Shown here: in pieces, positions 17,179-27,079 of the stretch | Layout: every line of letters begins with the position of its first letter | How positions within the stretch are numbered: position 1 is the first letter of the stretch | Source of the DNA: a bacterium | GTDB lineage: Bacteria > Patescibacteriota > Patescibacteriia > Patescibacteriales > GWC2-42-12 | Direction of reading: 5' to 3' | Length of the DNA: 64,000 nt | Assembly: GCA_030649205.1 (NCBI GenBank) | Contig: JAUSGE010000014.1 | Coordinates: forward strand, 28,717-92,716 | Notes under the pieces: model-generated | Databases searched by the model: none | What the model was told of the DNA's origin: nothing | The model's input: the letters and a program-made list of their open reading frames with translations, nothing else | Translations under genes and position numbers: made by a program

Positions 17179-19620
17179 ATGTTTAAAAAGTATAGGCTGG
17201 AAATTATTATTTTCTTAATAGCGTTGATTTTAAGATTAGCGTTCGCCGGTATCGTTTATGGCCAGAGCGATTTTAATTATAGCCGATTTTTAGGCAAGCT
17301 AAAGGCTGATAGTTGGCATGACATAGCGCGGAATCTGGTTAATAACAAAATTTATTCAGATAATCAGATTTCGCCGGATTCGGTTAGAACCCCCGGCTAT
17401 CCGGCAATGATTGCCGTTTCTTTGTATATTTTTGATTCTGTTTGGCCATTTCTTATTTTCCAGGTTATTATTGGCAGTTTGCTGCCTTTGCTTGGCCGGA
17501 AAATAAGTTTGGAAATTACGCGGAACAATAAGATTTCCAATCCGGTGGCTCTGATTTTAGCGATTGAACCCATGGGGATTTGGCTATCCATAATGTTAAT
17601 GACAGAAACTATTTTTACCTTGTTTTTTCTTTTGTTCGCGTTGTTTTTTCTTAAATTCATAAAGATAAATCAAGAGCCTGAAGCTCGAGTTTATGATAAT
17701 TTCAGTCATATTGTTTTGGCCGGCCTTTTTTTGGGCCTAGCCACTCTGATCAGGCCAACGACATTTTATTTTCCCATAATTTTAATAATCGGCTGGATTA
17801 TCTATTGGTATTTTATAAAGCATAAATTGTTATTAAAATATCTTTTTGCCTTTTTGACAATTTTTAGCATCGCCGTCGCCCCCTGGCTTTACCGGAATTA
17901 TAAAGTTTTCGGCACGGCCGAGCTTTCAGCCAGCCAAGCGGAGGTATCATTTTGCTATTTGGCTCCTTCGGTGCTGGCCATAAAAGATAAACAAAGTTTT
18001 TCACAAGCCCAGAAGAATTTTTTTAAATCTCAAGGATTTGAAAACTGCCCCAGAATAACTTTAGATAAAGCTCATTGGTTTCAGTCGCGCGTCATTGAAG
18101 TGTCTAAAGAAAATCCAAAAGCTCTGGCGCGGATTTTAGAAATTAGCTTACTGACCTTTTTTACTCATGACGGAGTTTTGAACCTGTTGAGTTATGTCAA
18201 TGCTACAGAGCCATCGGGGTTAACCGCAAGGCAAATAGCGGCACAGCCATGGCCTGAAATATTGCGGACAGCCAGAAGTTTGATTTTTAGCCCGGCTCTT
18301 TTAATAATTTTGGCGCGCGCGTTATGGATTTTAATATTTTTTCTGTTTATTTCAGGAGCGGCTTACGGGCTGATTAAAAAAAAGTTCACAGTTTTTTCGG
18401 CTTTTGCCTTGGCTTGTATCGCTTATTTCGCCTTGACGACAAGTATCGGCGGCTTTGGCGTTAACGCCCGTTTTAGATTTCCGGTTAATGTTTTTATTTT
18501 TGTCTTCGCGATTGGTTTTCTGCGCGAGATTATAAATAGCGGGAAAGATAGAATTTCTGGCAGGGCGAGATTATTGATTTTAACCCAAAAAATTGATCTT
18601 GATGACGATGTGCTTGGTTTTATGCACGGCTGGGTCGCTGAATTCGCGAAAAGATGCGAAAAAATAACGGTGATTGCTTTAAGCGCCGGTGAATATAATT
18701 TACCCGGGAATGTTAAAGTTTTGTCATTAGGCAAAGAAGAGGGTGAATCAAAAATAAAATATTTGGCTAATTTTTATAAGTATATTTGGCGCCATAGAAG
18801 CGAATATGACCATATCTTTGTGCACATGAACAAAGAATATATGCTGCTGGGCTGGCCGTTTTGGCGGTTATGGGGTAATAAAACAACGCTTTGGTATAAT
18901 CATCGCTACGGCAATATACCGGGTGAACTCGCGGGCCTGCTGGCGAACCAAATTTTCTTTACTTCGCCTTTCTCCTTTTTTTCTAGAAATAAGAAAGCCA
19001 GGCAAATGCCGGCCGGCGTGGATACTGATAAATTTATTAAGAATATTCAGGCCGAAAAAATAAAAAATTCTATTCTTTTTTTGAGCCGCATTTCACCGGT
19101 TAAAAAGGCTGATGTTCTTTTAAGGGCGGCGAAGATTCTTGACGCCGAAGGAATTGATTTTATTTTGGATTTTGTCGGCGCCCCTGGCCTGAAAGACGCC
19201 GCGTATTTTAAAAATTTAAAAAATGAAGCGCAAGAGCTGGAAAAAACAGGCAAGGTAAAGTTTTTAGGCAATGTGTCCAATAATCAGGCGCCGGCCGTTT
19301 ATAATCAGCATAGGATCTTTGTGAATTTAACCGATTCCGGCTCTTTTGACAAAACTATTTTAGAGGCCATGGCTTGCGAAATAATGCCGCTGGTTTCCAG
19401 CCGGTCATACGAAAAAGTCTTGCCGCCAGAGTTGATTTTTAAAGAAGATGACGAAAAAGATTTGGCCGAAAAATTATTAAAAGTTTTAGCGATGCCGGAG
19501 CCGGAAACAAAAATTCTTGGCCAAAAATTTCGGCAATACGTCCTGGCCAGCCATAGTTTAGATTTATTGGCGGGGAAAATAGCGGAATCTTTCATAAATC
19601 TTAAAGATGTAGTAAAATAA
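17179..19620 (+). CDS. fusion: N-terminal polytopic GT-C-like membrane domain (ArnT/PMT-like) plus C-terminal GT4-like cytoplasmic domain
   Basis: ~450 aa with at least 10 hydrophobic helices and an N-terminal loop resembling GT39/GT83 (RTPGYPAMIAVSLYIFD). C-terminal ~350 aa has a GT-B layout (LSRISPVKKADVLLRAAKIL...FVGAPG). Confidence 0.6.
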   Translation: MFKKYRLEIIIFLIALILRLAFAGIVYGQSDFNYSRFLGKLKADSWHDIARNLVNNKIYSDNQISPDSVRTPGYPAMIAVSLYIFDSVWPFLIFQVIIGSLLPLLGRKISLEITRNNKISNPVALILAIEPMGIWLSIMLMTETIFTLFFLLFALFFLKFIKINQEPEARVYDNFSHIVLAGLFLGLATLIRPTTFYFPIILIIGWIIYWYFIKHKLLLKYLFAFLTIFSIAVAPWLYRNYKVFGTAELSASQAEVSFCYLAPSVLAIKDKQSFSQAQKNFFKSQGFENCPRITLDKAHWFQSRVIEVSKENPKALARILEISLLTFFTHDGVLNLLSYVNATEPSGLTARQIAAQPWPEILRTARSLIFSPALLIILARALWILIFFLFISGAAYGLIKKKFTVFSAFALACIAYFALTTSIGGFGVNARFRFPVNVFIFVFAIGFLREIINSGKDRISGRARLLILTQKIDLDDDVLGFMHGWVAEFAKRCEKITVIALSAGEYNLPGNVKVLSLGKEEGESKIKYLANFYKYIWRHRSEYDHIFVHMNKEYMLLGWPFWRLWGNKTTLWYNHRYGNIPGELAGLLANQIFFTSPFSFFSRNKKARQMPAGVDTDKFIKNIQAEKIKNSILFLSRISPVKKADVLLRAAKILDAEGIDFILDFVGAPGLKDAAYFKNLKNEAQELEKTGKVKFLGNVSNNQAPAVYNQHRIFVNLTDSGSFDKTILEAMACEIMPLVSSRSYEKVLPPELIFKEDDEKDLAEKLLKVLAMPEPETKILGQKFRQYVLASHSLDLLAGKIAESFINLKDVVK

Positions 19621-19644
19621 TAAGCGTGCCGTAATTTTTATCCT

Positions 19645-21000
19645 ATGAAAATTGCTTTAGTCAGGCCAAACTACAAAACTCACTTGATTACCCCGCCGCT
19701 TGGCTTGGGCTATATTTCTTCGTATCTAAAAAGCAAAGGCTGGCGGGTAACAATTATTGACGGATTAAATTTAAATTTAAGCAATGATGAAATAGCTAAT
19801 CTCTGCCAAGATTGCGAGGTTGTGGGAATTACATGCCTTTCTGATTTTTATTTAGAGGCGGTTGATTTAAGTAAAAAACTTAAACAGGCCGGTAAAATTG
19901 TGATTTTAGGCGGAGTCCATCCAAGCGTTTTACCGGCCGAGAGCCAAAAAGAATCCGGCGCCGATTATATTGTGGTCGGAGAAGGGGAAGTAACCTTTGA
20001 AGAATTAATCCGGGCATTGAGCCTTGGCCAAAATCCTTATTCCATTGCCGGCGTCTTCAGTCTAAGCCGTCAAACCGAATTTAAACCAAGGGAATTAATT
20101 GTTGATTTGGATAGTTTGCCGTTTCCTGATTGGGGCCAGCTTGACCCCAGAAAATACCAAAAAGCTCCGCATGGCGCTTTGGTAAAAAATTTTCCGGTGG
20201 CGCCGATAGTTTCAACCAGAGGCTGCCCCTATAGCTGTAAATTTTGCGCCAGCCCGCGTTTTTGGGGCAAGCGATTGAGGTTTCGCTCTCCGGAGAATGT
20301 CATAGCTGAAATTGAGCTGCTGGTTAAAAATTTCGGCGTTAAAGAAATACATTTTGAAGACGATAATTTAACATTAAGGCGGGAACATGCCATGGCTATC
20401 TGCAATTTAATTATTGCCAGAGGCGTTAAAATTTCTTGGGCCACGCCTAATGGCATTAGAGCTGACAAAGTTGACGAAGAATTGCTGAGGCTGATGAAAA
20501 CAGCCGGTTGCTATTATGTTGTTTTCGGAATTGAAAGCGGCAACCAAAAAATATTGGAGAATATCAATAAAAAGGAAACTTTGGCTGATATAGAAAAAGC
20601 TGTAAAGATAGCCAATAAGTTAGGCATGATGACTCAGGGTTTTTTTATTTTAGGGCTTCCCGGAGAAACCGAAGAAACCATTAAAAATTCTATTGACTTT
20701 GCCAAGCGCATACCGCTGGACCGAGCGCAGTTCTTGATTTTAGATCTATTGCCTGGCTCGGCTCTATGGGAAGAACAAAAAAATAATTTTGTGGTGGATT
20801 ACAAAAAAGAAAGTTATCATGAGCCGACTTGGGTGCCGGATACGATATCGCCGGAAACTCTTAAAAAATGGCAGCCCAAAGCGTTTCGCTCTTTCTTTTT
20901 TCGCCCGGGTCCGCTATTCTCCCTGATTAAGTTTTTTCGCCTGTCGCAAATAAAATATATTATTAATCGATTAAAAGATTTTAAGATTTTCAATTCTTAA
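19645..21000 (+). CDS. B12-binding domain radical SAM protein (class B)
   Basis: GGVHPSVLP; [14 protein letters not shown] (Cx3Cx2C). Confidence 0.85.
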   Translation: MKIALVRPNYKTHLITPPLGLGYISSYLKSKGWRVTIIDGLNLNLSNDEIANLCQDCEVVGITCLSDFYLEAVDLSKKLKQAGKIVILGGVHPSVLPAESQKESGADYIVVGEGEVTFEELIRALSLGQNPYSIAGVFSLSRQTEFKPRELIVDLDSLPFPDWGQLDPRKYQKAPHGALVKNFPVAPIVSTRGCPYSCKFCASPRFWGKRLRFRSPENVIAEIELLVKNFGVKEIHFEDDNLTLRREHAMAICNLIIARGVKISWATPNGIRADKVDEELLRLMKTAGCYYVVFGIESGNQKILENINKKETLADIEKAVKIANKLGMMTQGFFILGLPGETEETIKNSIDFAKRIPLDRAQFLILDLLPGSALWEEQKNNFVVDYKKESYHEPTWVPDTISPETLKKWQPKAFRSFFFRPGPLFSLIKFFRLSQIKYIINRLKDFKIFNS

Positions 21001-21004
21001 CTTT

Positions 21005-22531
21005 ATGCCTAAAACCGCGATCATCATCGGCGCCGGTCCGGCCGGCTTAACCGCCGCCTATGAACTTTTAACTAAAACCGACATTAAACCTATCATTTAT
21101 GAGAGTAGCGCCGATATCGGCGGTATTTCCAAAACGCTGAATTATAAAGGCAATAGAATTGATATCGGCGGACATAGATTCTTTTCCAAGTCAGACAGAA
21201 TCATAGAGTGGTGGCAGAATATTTTACCCCTGGAAGCCGTGCCGCCCAAGCCCGGGCCGGATCCGGAGCGGGAAGATAAGCTGATGCTCATGCGCAAACG
21301 CTTATCAAGAATATTCTTTTTGCGCAAATTTTTCGCTTATCCGGTCTCTTTAAGCCTTGAGACTTTGTCCAATTTAGGCATAGCCAGGGCGGTTAATTTT
21401 TTTTTAAGCTATATTAAAGTTCGCCTTATGCCGATCCGAGAGGAAAAGTCTCTTGAGGATTTTTTTGTTAATCGATTTGGCAAAGAGCTTTATGGCACTT
21501 TTTTTAAAGATTATACGGAAAAAGTCTGGGGCCTGCCCTGCAGTAAAATCAAGGCTGAATGGGGAGAGCAGAGAGTAAAAGGGCTGTCCATAGCCAAAAC
21601 AATTTATCACGCTTTTAAAAAGATGCTTATTAAAAGATCTCCTTTGGATCAAAAAAATATAGAAACCAGCCTGATTGAATATTTTTTATATCCTAAATTC
21701 GGACCCGGGCAGATGTGGGAAGAGGCGGCGAAGATTATAAAAGAAAAAGGCGGCGAAATACATTTGAATCATCATGTTGTCGGACTTGATTTGCAAAAAA
21801 ATGAAATAACCGAAGCGGAAATAAAAGTTTTAAATAGCAATGAGATAAAAGTTCAAAAAGCCGATTATTTTTTTTCCACCATGCCGATTAAGGAATTGAT
21901 TCCCGCGCTCGGAGAAAACGCGCCCGGCGGCGTAAAACGAGTCGCTCAAGGGTTAATGTACCGGGATTTTATTACTGTTGGCTTACTGCTTAAGAAACTA
22001 AAGATAAAAAATGATACAAAAATAAAGACCGTTAATGATTTCATTCCGGATAATTGGATTTATATTCAAGAAAGGGACGTAAAGGTGTGCCGGGTGCAAA
22101 TATTCAATAATTGGAGCCCTTATCTGGTTAAAGAAAAAGATAAGGTTTGGATAGGGCTTGAATATGTCTGTAGCTCGGAAGATGAAATATGGGGAAAAAC
22201 GGACAAAGAAGTTTCAGAGTTTGCCATCGGTGAATTATTGAAAATCGGCTTTATAGAAAAAGAAGATATTATTGATTGGGCGGTGATTAGAATGGAAAAA
22301 GTATATCCTACTTATTCCGGAGCTTACGAAGAGTTCGAGACGGTCAAAAATTTTTGCGACCGGATAGAAAATTTATTTTTGATTGGCAGAAACGGCATGC
22401 ACCGGTATAATAATCAAGACCATTCCATGCTGACGGCTATGGTCGCGGTTGAAAATATAATAAATAACCTTAAATCAAAGAAAAATATTTGGGAGGTCAA
22501 TATTGAAAAAAGCTACCATGAAAGCAAATAA
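21005..22531 (+). CDS. FAD/NAD(P)-binding oxidoreductase (amine-oxidase / UDP-galactopyranose-mutase-like superfamily)
   Basis: N-terminal dinucleotide-binding motif [17 protein letters not shown]; C-terminal [25 protein letters not shown] flavoprotein-type tail. Confidence 0.6.
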   Translation: MPKTAIIIGAGPAGLTAAYELLTKTDIKPIIYESSADIGGISKTLNYKGNRIDIGGHRFFSKSDRIIEWWQNILPLEAVPPKPGPDPEREDKLMLMRKRLSRIFFLRKFFAYPVSLSLETLSNLGIARAVNFFLSYIKVRLMPIREEKSLEDFFVNRFGKELYGTFFKDYTEKVWGLPCSKIKAEWGEQRVKGLSIAKTIYHAFKKMLIKRSPLDQKNIETSLIEYFLYPKFGPGQMWEEAAKIIKEKGGEIHLNHHVVGLDLQKNEITEAEIKVLNSNEIKVQKADYFFSTMPIKELIPALGENAPGGVKRVAQGLMYRDFITVGLLLKKLKIKNDTKIKTVNDFIPDNWIYIQERDVKVCRVQIFNNWSPYLVKEKDKVWIGLEYVCSSEDEIWGKTDKEVSEFAIGELLKIGFIEKEDIIDWAVIRMEKVYPTYSGAYEEFETVKNFCDRIENLFLIGRNGMHRYNNQDHSMLTAMVAVENIINNLKSKKNIWEVNIEKSYHESK

Positions 22532-23594
22532 AAAAATCATTATTTTTTTGGGAGCTCTGATAATCGCCAACTTGGCGGCGGCCTATTTTTTCCTCGGGCT
22601 TGGGACGCCCCCGGGAGATGCTCCCAGTTATCATGATGCCATGGAGTTTCTCTTGGGCCAGGGCGAGTCAGGAGCAGTTGAAGCCATTGTTCTGACCAGA
22701 TTGTTAACTTCCCCGCTGATGCTTTATCTATCAATATTTTTTGGTTATTTTGTTAATAGTTTATATTCCGGGATGATGATAATGAATCTGATATTTTATT
22801 TTTTGATTATTAGTATTTTTTATTTTTTGGTTTATGAAATTTATGGACGAAAGAATGTCGCTCTTTTTAGCACGGTTTTAATAGCAACTAATTATTATTT
22901 AGTCAGTCCGGCCAACGCTTTTTTAGTTGATTTAAGCGGTTGGTTTTTCATGCTGGCCGCTTCTTGGTTCGCCGTTAGGTATTATAAAAGAAAAATTAAT
23001 AAAAATTATTATTTGGCCCTGCTCTTTTCCGTTATCGGAGTATTTTTTAAGGAATACGGGGCGCTTGGCTTGCTGACTTTATTTACCTTGATTTTTTTAT
23101 CGGATTTTTCCTTAAAAGAAAAAATAAAAAAAATTTTATTAGGCGGATTTATGTTTGGCGTTTTACCGCTGGCTTACCATATATTTTTCTATTTAAAATT
23201 CGGTTTTTCATATTTTTCCGTGTATGATTTAACTTATTATCAATACAATATTATAGAACCAAACCATAGCTTCGTTATTCTGATAAAAGTTCTGGGCTGG
23301 GTTTTTTCGTTTGGCTGGTTTTTATTTTTTTACGGCGCTTGGCGCGAATATCGCGATTTTGATAAAGTCAGGCTTAAATTTTTGATTTCACTTCTGCCTT
23401 TATCTTTATCTTTTTTGGCTTGGCCTAGTTTCGCTCAAAGAGTGGCTTTTGTTTTAGCTCCATTATTAGCGATTATTTCCGGCCGAGGCTTGGCTGACGC
23501 AAATAAATACTTAGCCGTTTTGCTGGTTATCGCTTATATTTTTTTTAATTATAATATTGGCCGTTTAATAGAAATTATTAATTTGCCATTATAA
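22503..23594 (+). CDS. polytopic integral membrane protein (putative GT-C-type glycosyltransferase or polymerase)
   Basis: ~10 hydrophobic segments over 363 aa; sits in the glycan operon. Confidence 0.45.
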   Translation: MKKATMKANKKIIIFLGALIIANLAAAYFFLGLGTPPGDAPSYHDAMEFLLGQGESGAVEAIVLTRLLTSPLMLYLSIFFGYFVNSLYSGMMIMNLIFYFLIISIFYFLVYEIYGRKNVALFSTVLIATNYYLVSPANAFLVDLSGWFFMLAASWFAVRYYKRKINKNYYLALLFSVIGVFFKEYGALGLLTLFTLIFLSDFSLKEKIKKILLGGFMFGVLPLAYHIFFYLKFGFSYFSVYDLTYYQYNIIEPNHSFVILIKVLGWVFSFGWFLFFYGAWREYRDFDKVRLKFLISLLPLSLSFLAWPSFAQRVAFVLAPLLAIISGRGLADANKYLAVLLVIAYIFFNYNIGRLIEIINLPL

Positions 23595-23602
23595 TAGACA
23601 AC

Positions 23603-24295
23603 ATGAGATTATCCATAGTAATACCGGTTTTTAATGAAAAGAATACTATTCTGGAAATTTTAAAAAGAATTGAAGCGGTTGATTTAGGCGCGGAAAAAGA
23701 AATTATTATCGTTGATGATTGTTCTACGGATGGAACTCGGGAGTTATTAAAGCCGATAAAAGGAAAATACAAAATTTTTTTTCATGAAAAAAATTACGGC
23801 AAGGGGCGGGCCTTGCGGACTGGTTTGATTGAGGCGACTGGCGAGGCAATAGTCGTTCAGGATGCTGATTTAGAATATGATCCGGCTGATTTTGCCTTAA
23901 TGTTAAAAATAATGCGGGAGCAGAATGCTTTAGCGGTTTATGGTTCTCGGCGCTTGCATCATAATTATTTTGAAGGCCGTTATTCCGGGCATATTTTTGC
24001 TTTAGGCGGTATTTTTTTGACCTGGCTGACTAATCTTTTGTATAAGACCGGAATAACCGATGAACCGACCTGCTATAAAATGTTTAAAACCGGCTTGCTT
24101 AAAAGTTTAGATTTAAAGTGCGAGCGTTTTGAATTTTGTCCCGAGGTTACGGCTAAAATTGCCAAACGCGGAATAAAGATTATTGAAGTGCCGATAAATT
24201 ATTATCCGCGCCATAAGCGTGAAGGCAAAAAAATTAATTGGCAAGACGCGGTGGAGGCTGTCTGGACGTTATTAAAATACCGTTTTAAAAAATGA
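23603..24295 (+). CDS. GT2 polyprenol-phosphate glycosyltransferase (GtrB/DPM1-like), paralog of 10881..11579
   Basis: [43 protein letters not shown] is near-identical in its N-terminal ~50 aa to the gene at 10881. Confidence 0.8.
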   Translation: MRLSIVIPVFNEKNTILEILKRIEAVDLGAEKEIIIVDDCSTDGTRELLKPIKGKYKIFFHEKNYGKGRALRTGLIEATGEAIVVQDADLEYDPADFALMLKIMREQNALAVYGSRRLHHNYFEGRYSGHIFALGGIFLTWLTNLLYKTGITDEPTCYKMFKTGLLKSLDLKCERFEFCPEVTAKIAKRGIKIIEVPINYYPRHKREGKKINWQDAVEAVWTLLKYRFKK

Positions 24296-24299
24296 AAAA

Positions 24300-25703
24300 A
24301 TGAGTAAAATTTTATTAATCAATCCGCCCTGGATAATTGGCGAAGATAAAAATTTATGGAAAGGCGTGGCCAGCTGCTGGCCAAGCCTAGGCTTGGCTTA
24401 TATCGCCGCAGTGCTTGAGAAAGCCGGACATAAAGTATTGTATCTGGATTGTTCGGCCGAACAGTACACGGTTAAGGAGTCGGCGCAAGCGCTTGAAAAA
24501 TATGATAAAAATTTGGATTTTGTTCTTTTGACCGCCACCACGCCTTTAATTAATAACGCGTTAGCGATTGCGGCCGCCGCTAAAAATATTTTTTCTCTGG
24601 CAAAAATTGTTTTAGGCGGAGTGCATCCCTCAATCCTGCCCGACGAAGTTATGGCGTGCGGCAGCGTTGATTTTGTAGTTATTGATGAGGGTGAAATTAC
24701 CATGAAGGAATTGGCCGGAGGAAAAAGTCCGGCTGAAATTTTAGGTTTATGCTATAAAGAAAACGGACTGATAATAAAAAACGCGCCCCGCCCCCTAATT
24801 CAGAACTTAGACGAAATTCCGCCGCCGGCTTATCACTTATTACCAATGGATAAATATTTTCCGGCCGTGGGGAGTTATAAAAGATTGCCCGTGATGATAA
24901 TGTTTGCCACCAGGGGTTGTCCGGGCCGCTGCACTTTTTGCTGCCGCACTTTCGGAGGCAGAGTTCGCCGCCGGTCAGCTCGTAATATTATTGAAGAAAT
25001 AAAGATTTTACAAAGAGATTACGGTATAAGAGAAGTGGCTTTTTACGATGATACTTTTACTTTGTTTAAAGATGTGGTAAAGGAATTTTGCGATATAATT
25101 GAGAGAGAAAAAATTGATCTTACCTGGTCCTGTTTTACCCGGGTTGATTATGCAAGCGAAGAGCTGTTTAAAATAATGAAGCGAGCCGGCTGCCATTTAA
25201 TTTTATTTGGCGTGGAATCCGCCGATGAGGAAATTTTAAAAAATATTAAAAAAAATATTTCTTTGCGGCAAGTTGAAAAAGTGGTAAAATTAGCGCGTCA
25301 GCTCGGCATAGAAACACGCGCTTCTTTTATGTTCGGCAATCAGGGCGAGACGGAAGAAACCATTAAAAAAACTATTGATTTCGCGATTAAGCTGGATCCG
25401 GACGAAGCGCAATTTAATATCGCTATGGCCTACCCGGGGACAGAACTTTTTAACTGGGCCAAAGAGCGGGGTTATATTAAAAGTTTTAACTGGAGCGATT
25501 ACAGTTATTCCAATATCGTTTTTGAAATGCCGAATTTAGACCGGGCCAAGCTGAAATATTATTACGAGCTGGCGCATCGCCGGTTCTATTTCCGGCCAAA
25601 ACTTATTTTACGGCGCTTGGGGCGTATTAGAACCTTTGATCAGCTATGGCAGGAGGTGAAAGGCGGATTATTGCTGCTCGGTTTTGTTTTTGGCAAAAAA
25701 TAA
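24300..25703 (+). CDS. B12-binding domain radical SAM protein (class B)
   Basis: GGVHPSILP; ATRGCPGRCTFCCR (Cx3Cx2C). Confidence 0.85.
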   Translation: MSKILLINPPWIIGEDKNLWKGVASCWPSLGLAYIAAVLEKAGHKVLYLDCSAEQYTVKESAQALEKYDKNLDFVLLTATTPLINNALAIAAAAKNIFSLAKIVLGGVHPSILPDEVMACGSVDFVVIDEGEITMKELAGGKSPAEILGLCYKENGLIIKNAPRPLIQNLDEIPPPAYHLLPMDKYFPAVGSYKRLPVMIMFATRGCPGRCTFCCRTFGGRVRRRSARNIIEEIKILQRDYGIREVAFYDDTFTLFKDVVKEFCDIIEREKIDLTWSCFTRVDYASEELFKIMKRAGCHLILFGVESADEEILKNIKKNISLRQVEKVVKLARQLGIETRASFMFGNQGETEETIKKTIDFAIKLDPDEAQFNIAMAYPGTELFNWAKERGYIKSFNWSDYSYSNIVFEMPNLDRAKLKYYYELAHRRFYFRPKLILRRLGRIRTFDQLWQEVKGGLLLLGFVFGKK

Positions 25704-25752
25704 AATATTAGTTATTTTAAGTTCCGTTTTGGGTTATAAAATAAATAATTAA

Positions 25753-27078
25753 ATGGAAAATTTTTTTAAAAAAAATAAAATATTGATTTTAATTTTAACC
25801 GGCGCCTTTTTAGCCAGCTTGGCATATTCTTTTTATTTTAGAATTGAGCTGGCGGTTGACGCCAGGGCTTATGACAATATTGCTAAAAATATTATAGCTG
25901 GCAACGGTTATCGCGAGGATTTGGGCGGTGATATCGCTCAAGACAATGCGATTACGCGGGTTGGCCCGCTATATGAATTTACGCTAGCCGGCAGCTATAA
26001 AATATTTGGGTACCATTATGAAGCCGTTTGGATTTTGCAGGCGCTGCTCCATGCTTTAACCGCCTGGTTATTGTATTTGACATGTTTGTTAATATTTTCA
26101 GCTAACGAAAAGAGAAAAACAATTGCTTTGCTCGCCGCCGGCATTTTTGCCTTTTATCCCGATCTCATAGAAATTTCAGCCATGCTTATGACTGAAACGT
26201 TGTATTTGTTTTTTGTTTGTCTTTTATTCTATGTGTTTTTCTATTATTTTTCCCGGCCGGATAAATGGCGTCTAGCGCTGGCGCTGGGTTTGATCTTCGG
26301 TTTGGCGGTTTTAGCCCGTCCACCGGTGCTTTTTTTAGCGCCGGTTATAATTTTCCTTTTTTGGAGTAAAAAAAAGTGGCTGCCATTAGCGCTGTGTTTG
26401 ATTGTCTTGTTTTTGGTTTTTGCGCCATGGACCATCAGAAATTATTTAACCTATGGAGAAATAATGCCCTTTGGCGCGGCTGGAAATTATAATTTTTGGA
26501 TTGGCAATTGGCACGGCGGCGATGGCGAGCAGAATCCTCAGCCATTTCATGCCGTTTTCGCGTCAACGCATGCGACTAAAGAAATTAATAGCGAGTCAAT
26601 GCGCCAGTTTAAGTTATTTTTACGCGAGCATCCGTTTGAGTTTTTAAAACTGACCGCGCTTCGCGTTATTAAATATTTCAGTATTGCGAGGCCGATGGGC
26701 TGGTGGTTTTATCAGGCTGGGATTGGGCAGCTGCTTTTTGTTTTTTCTTCGGCCCTGGCTTCAATTATTTTGTTTATTTTTAGCCTTGGCGGAGCGATTA
26801 AGGCTTTTATGCTTCGGGAAGAAAAATTGAATTATTTATTAGCTTTAACAATTTTTACGCCGCTGATTATTTTCGTTACCGTCGTGGAAACGCGCTATCG
26901 GTTCCAGATTTATCCGTTATTGGCAATTTTTGCCGGTTATTATATGGTTGATTTTTATAAAATGAAACATTTGGATAAATATTTTTGGCCGGCGGCGGTC
27001 GTTATATTAACTAACGGTTTTCTTGATTTAATATTAAGCTGGGATAAATTTAAAGAAAGGATATTCAAATTTTTTTAA
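25753..27078 (+). CDS. GT-C-fold membrane glycosyltransferase (ArnT/PMT/GT39-like, polyprenol-phosphate-sugar dependent)
   Basis: 441 aa with ~11 TM helices; N-terminal periplasmic-loop acidic residues (DARAYDNIAKNI); resembles PMT_2-type glycosyltransferases. Confidence 0.55.
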   Translation: MENFFKKNKILILILTGAFLASLAYSFYFRIELAVDARAYDNIAKNIIAGNGYREDLGGDIAQDNAITRVGPLYEFTLAGSYKIFGYHYEAVWILQALLHALTAWLLYLTCLLIFSANEKRKTIALLAAGIFAFYPDLIEISAMLMTETLYLFFVCLLFYVFFYYFSRPDKWRLALALGLIFGLAVLARPPVLFLAPVIIFLFWSKKKWLPLALCLIVLFLVFAPWTIRNYLTYGEIMPFGAAGNYNFWIGNWHGGDGEQNPQPFHAVFASTHATKEINSESMRQFKLFLREHPFEFLKLTALRVIKYFSIARPMGWWFYQAGIGQLLFVFSSALASIILFIFSLGGAIKAFMLREEKLNYLLALTIFTPLIIFVTVVETRYRFQIYPLLAIFAGYYMVDFYKMKHLDKYFWPAAVVILTNGFLDLILSWDKFKERIFKFF

Positions 27079-27079
27079 T

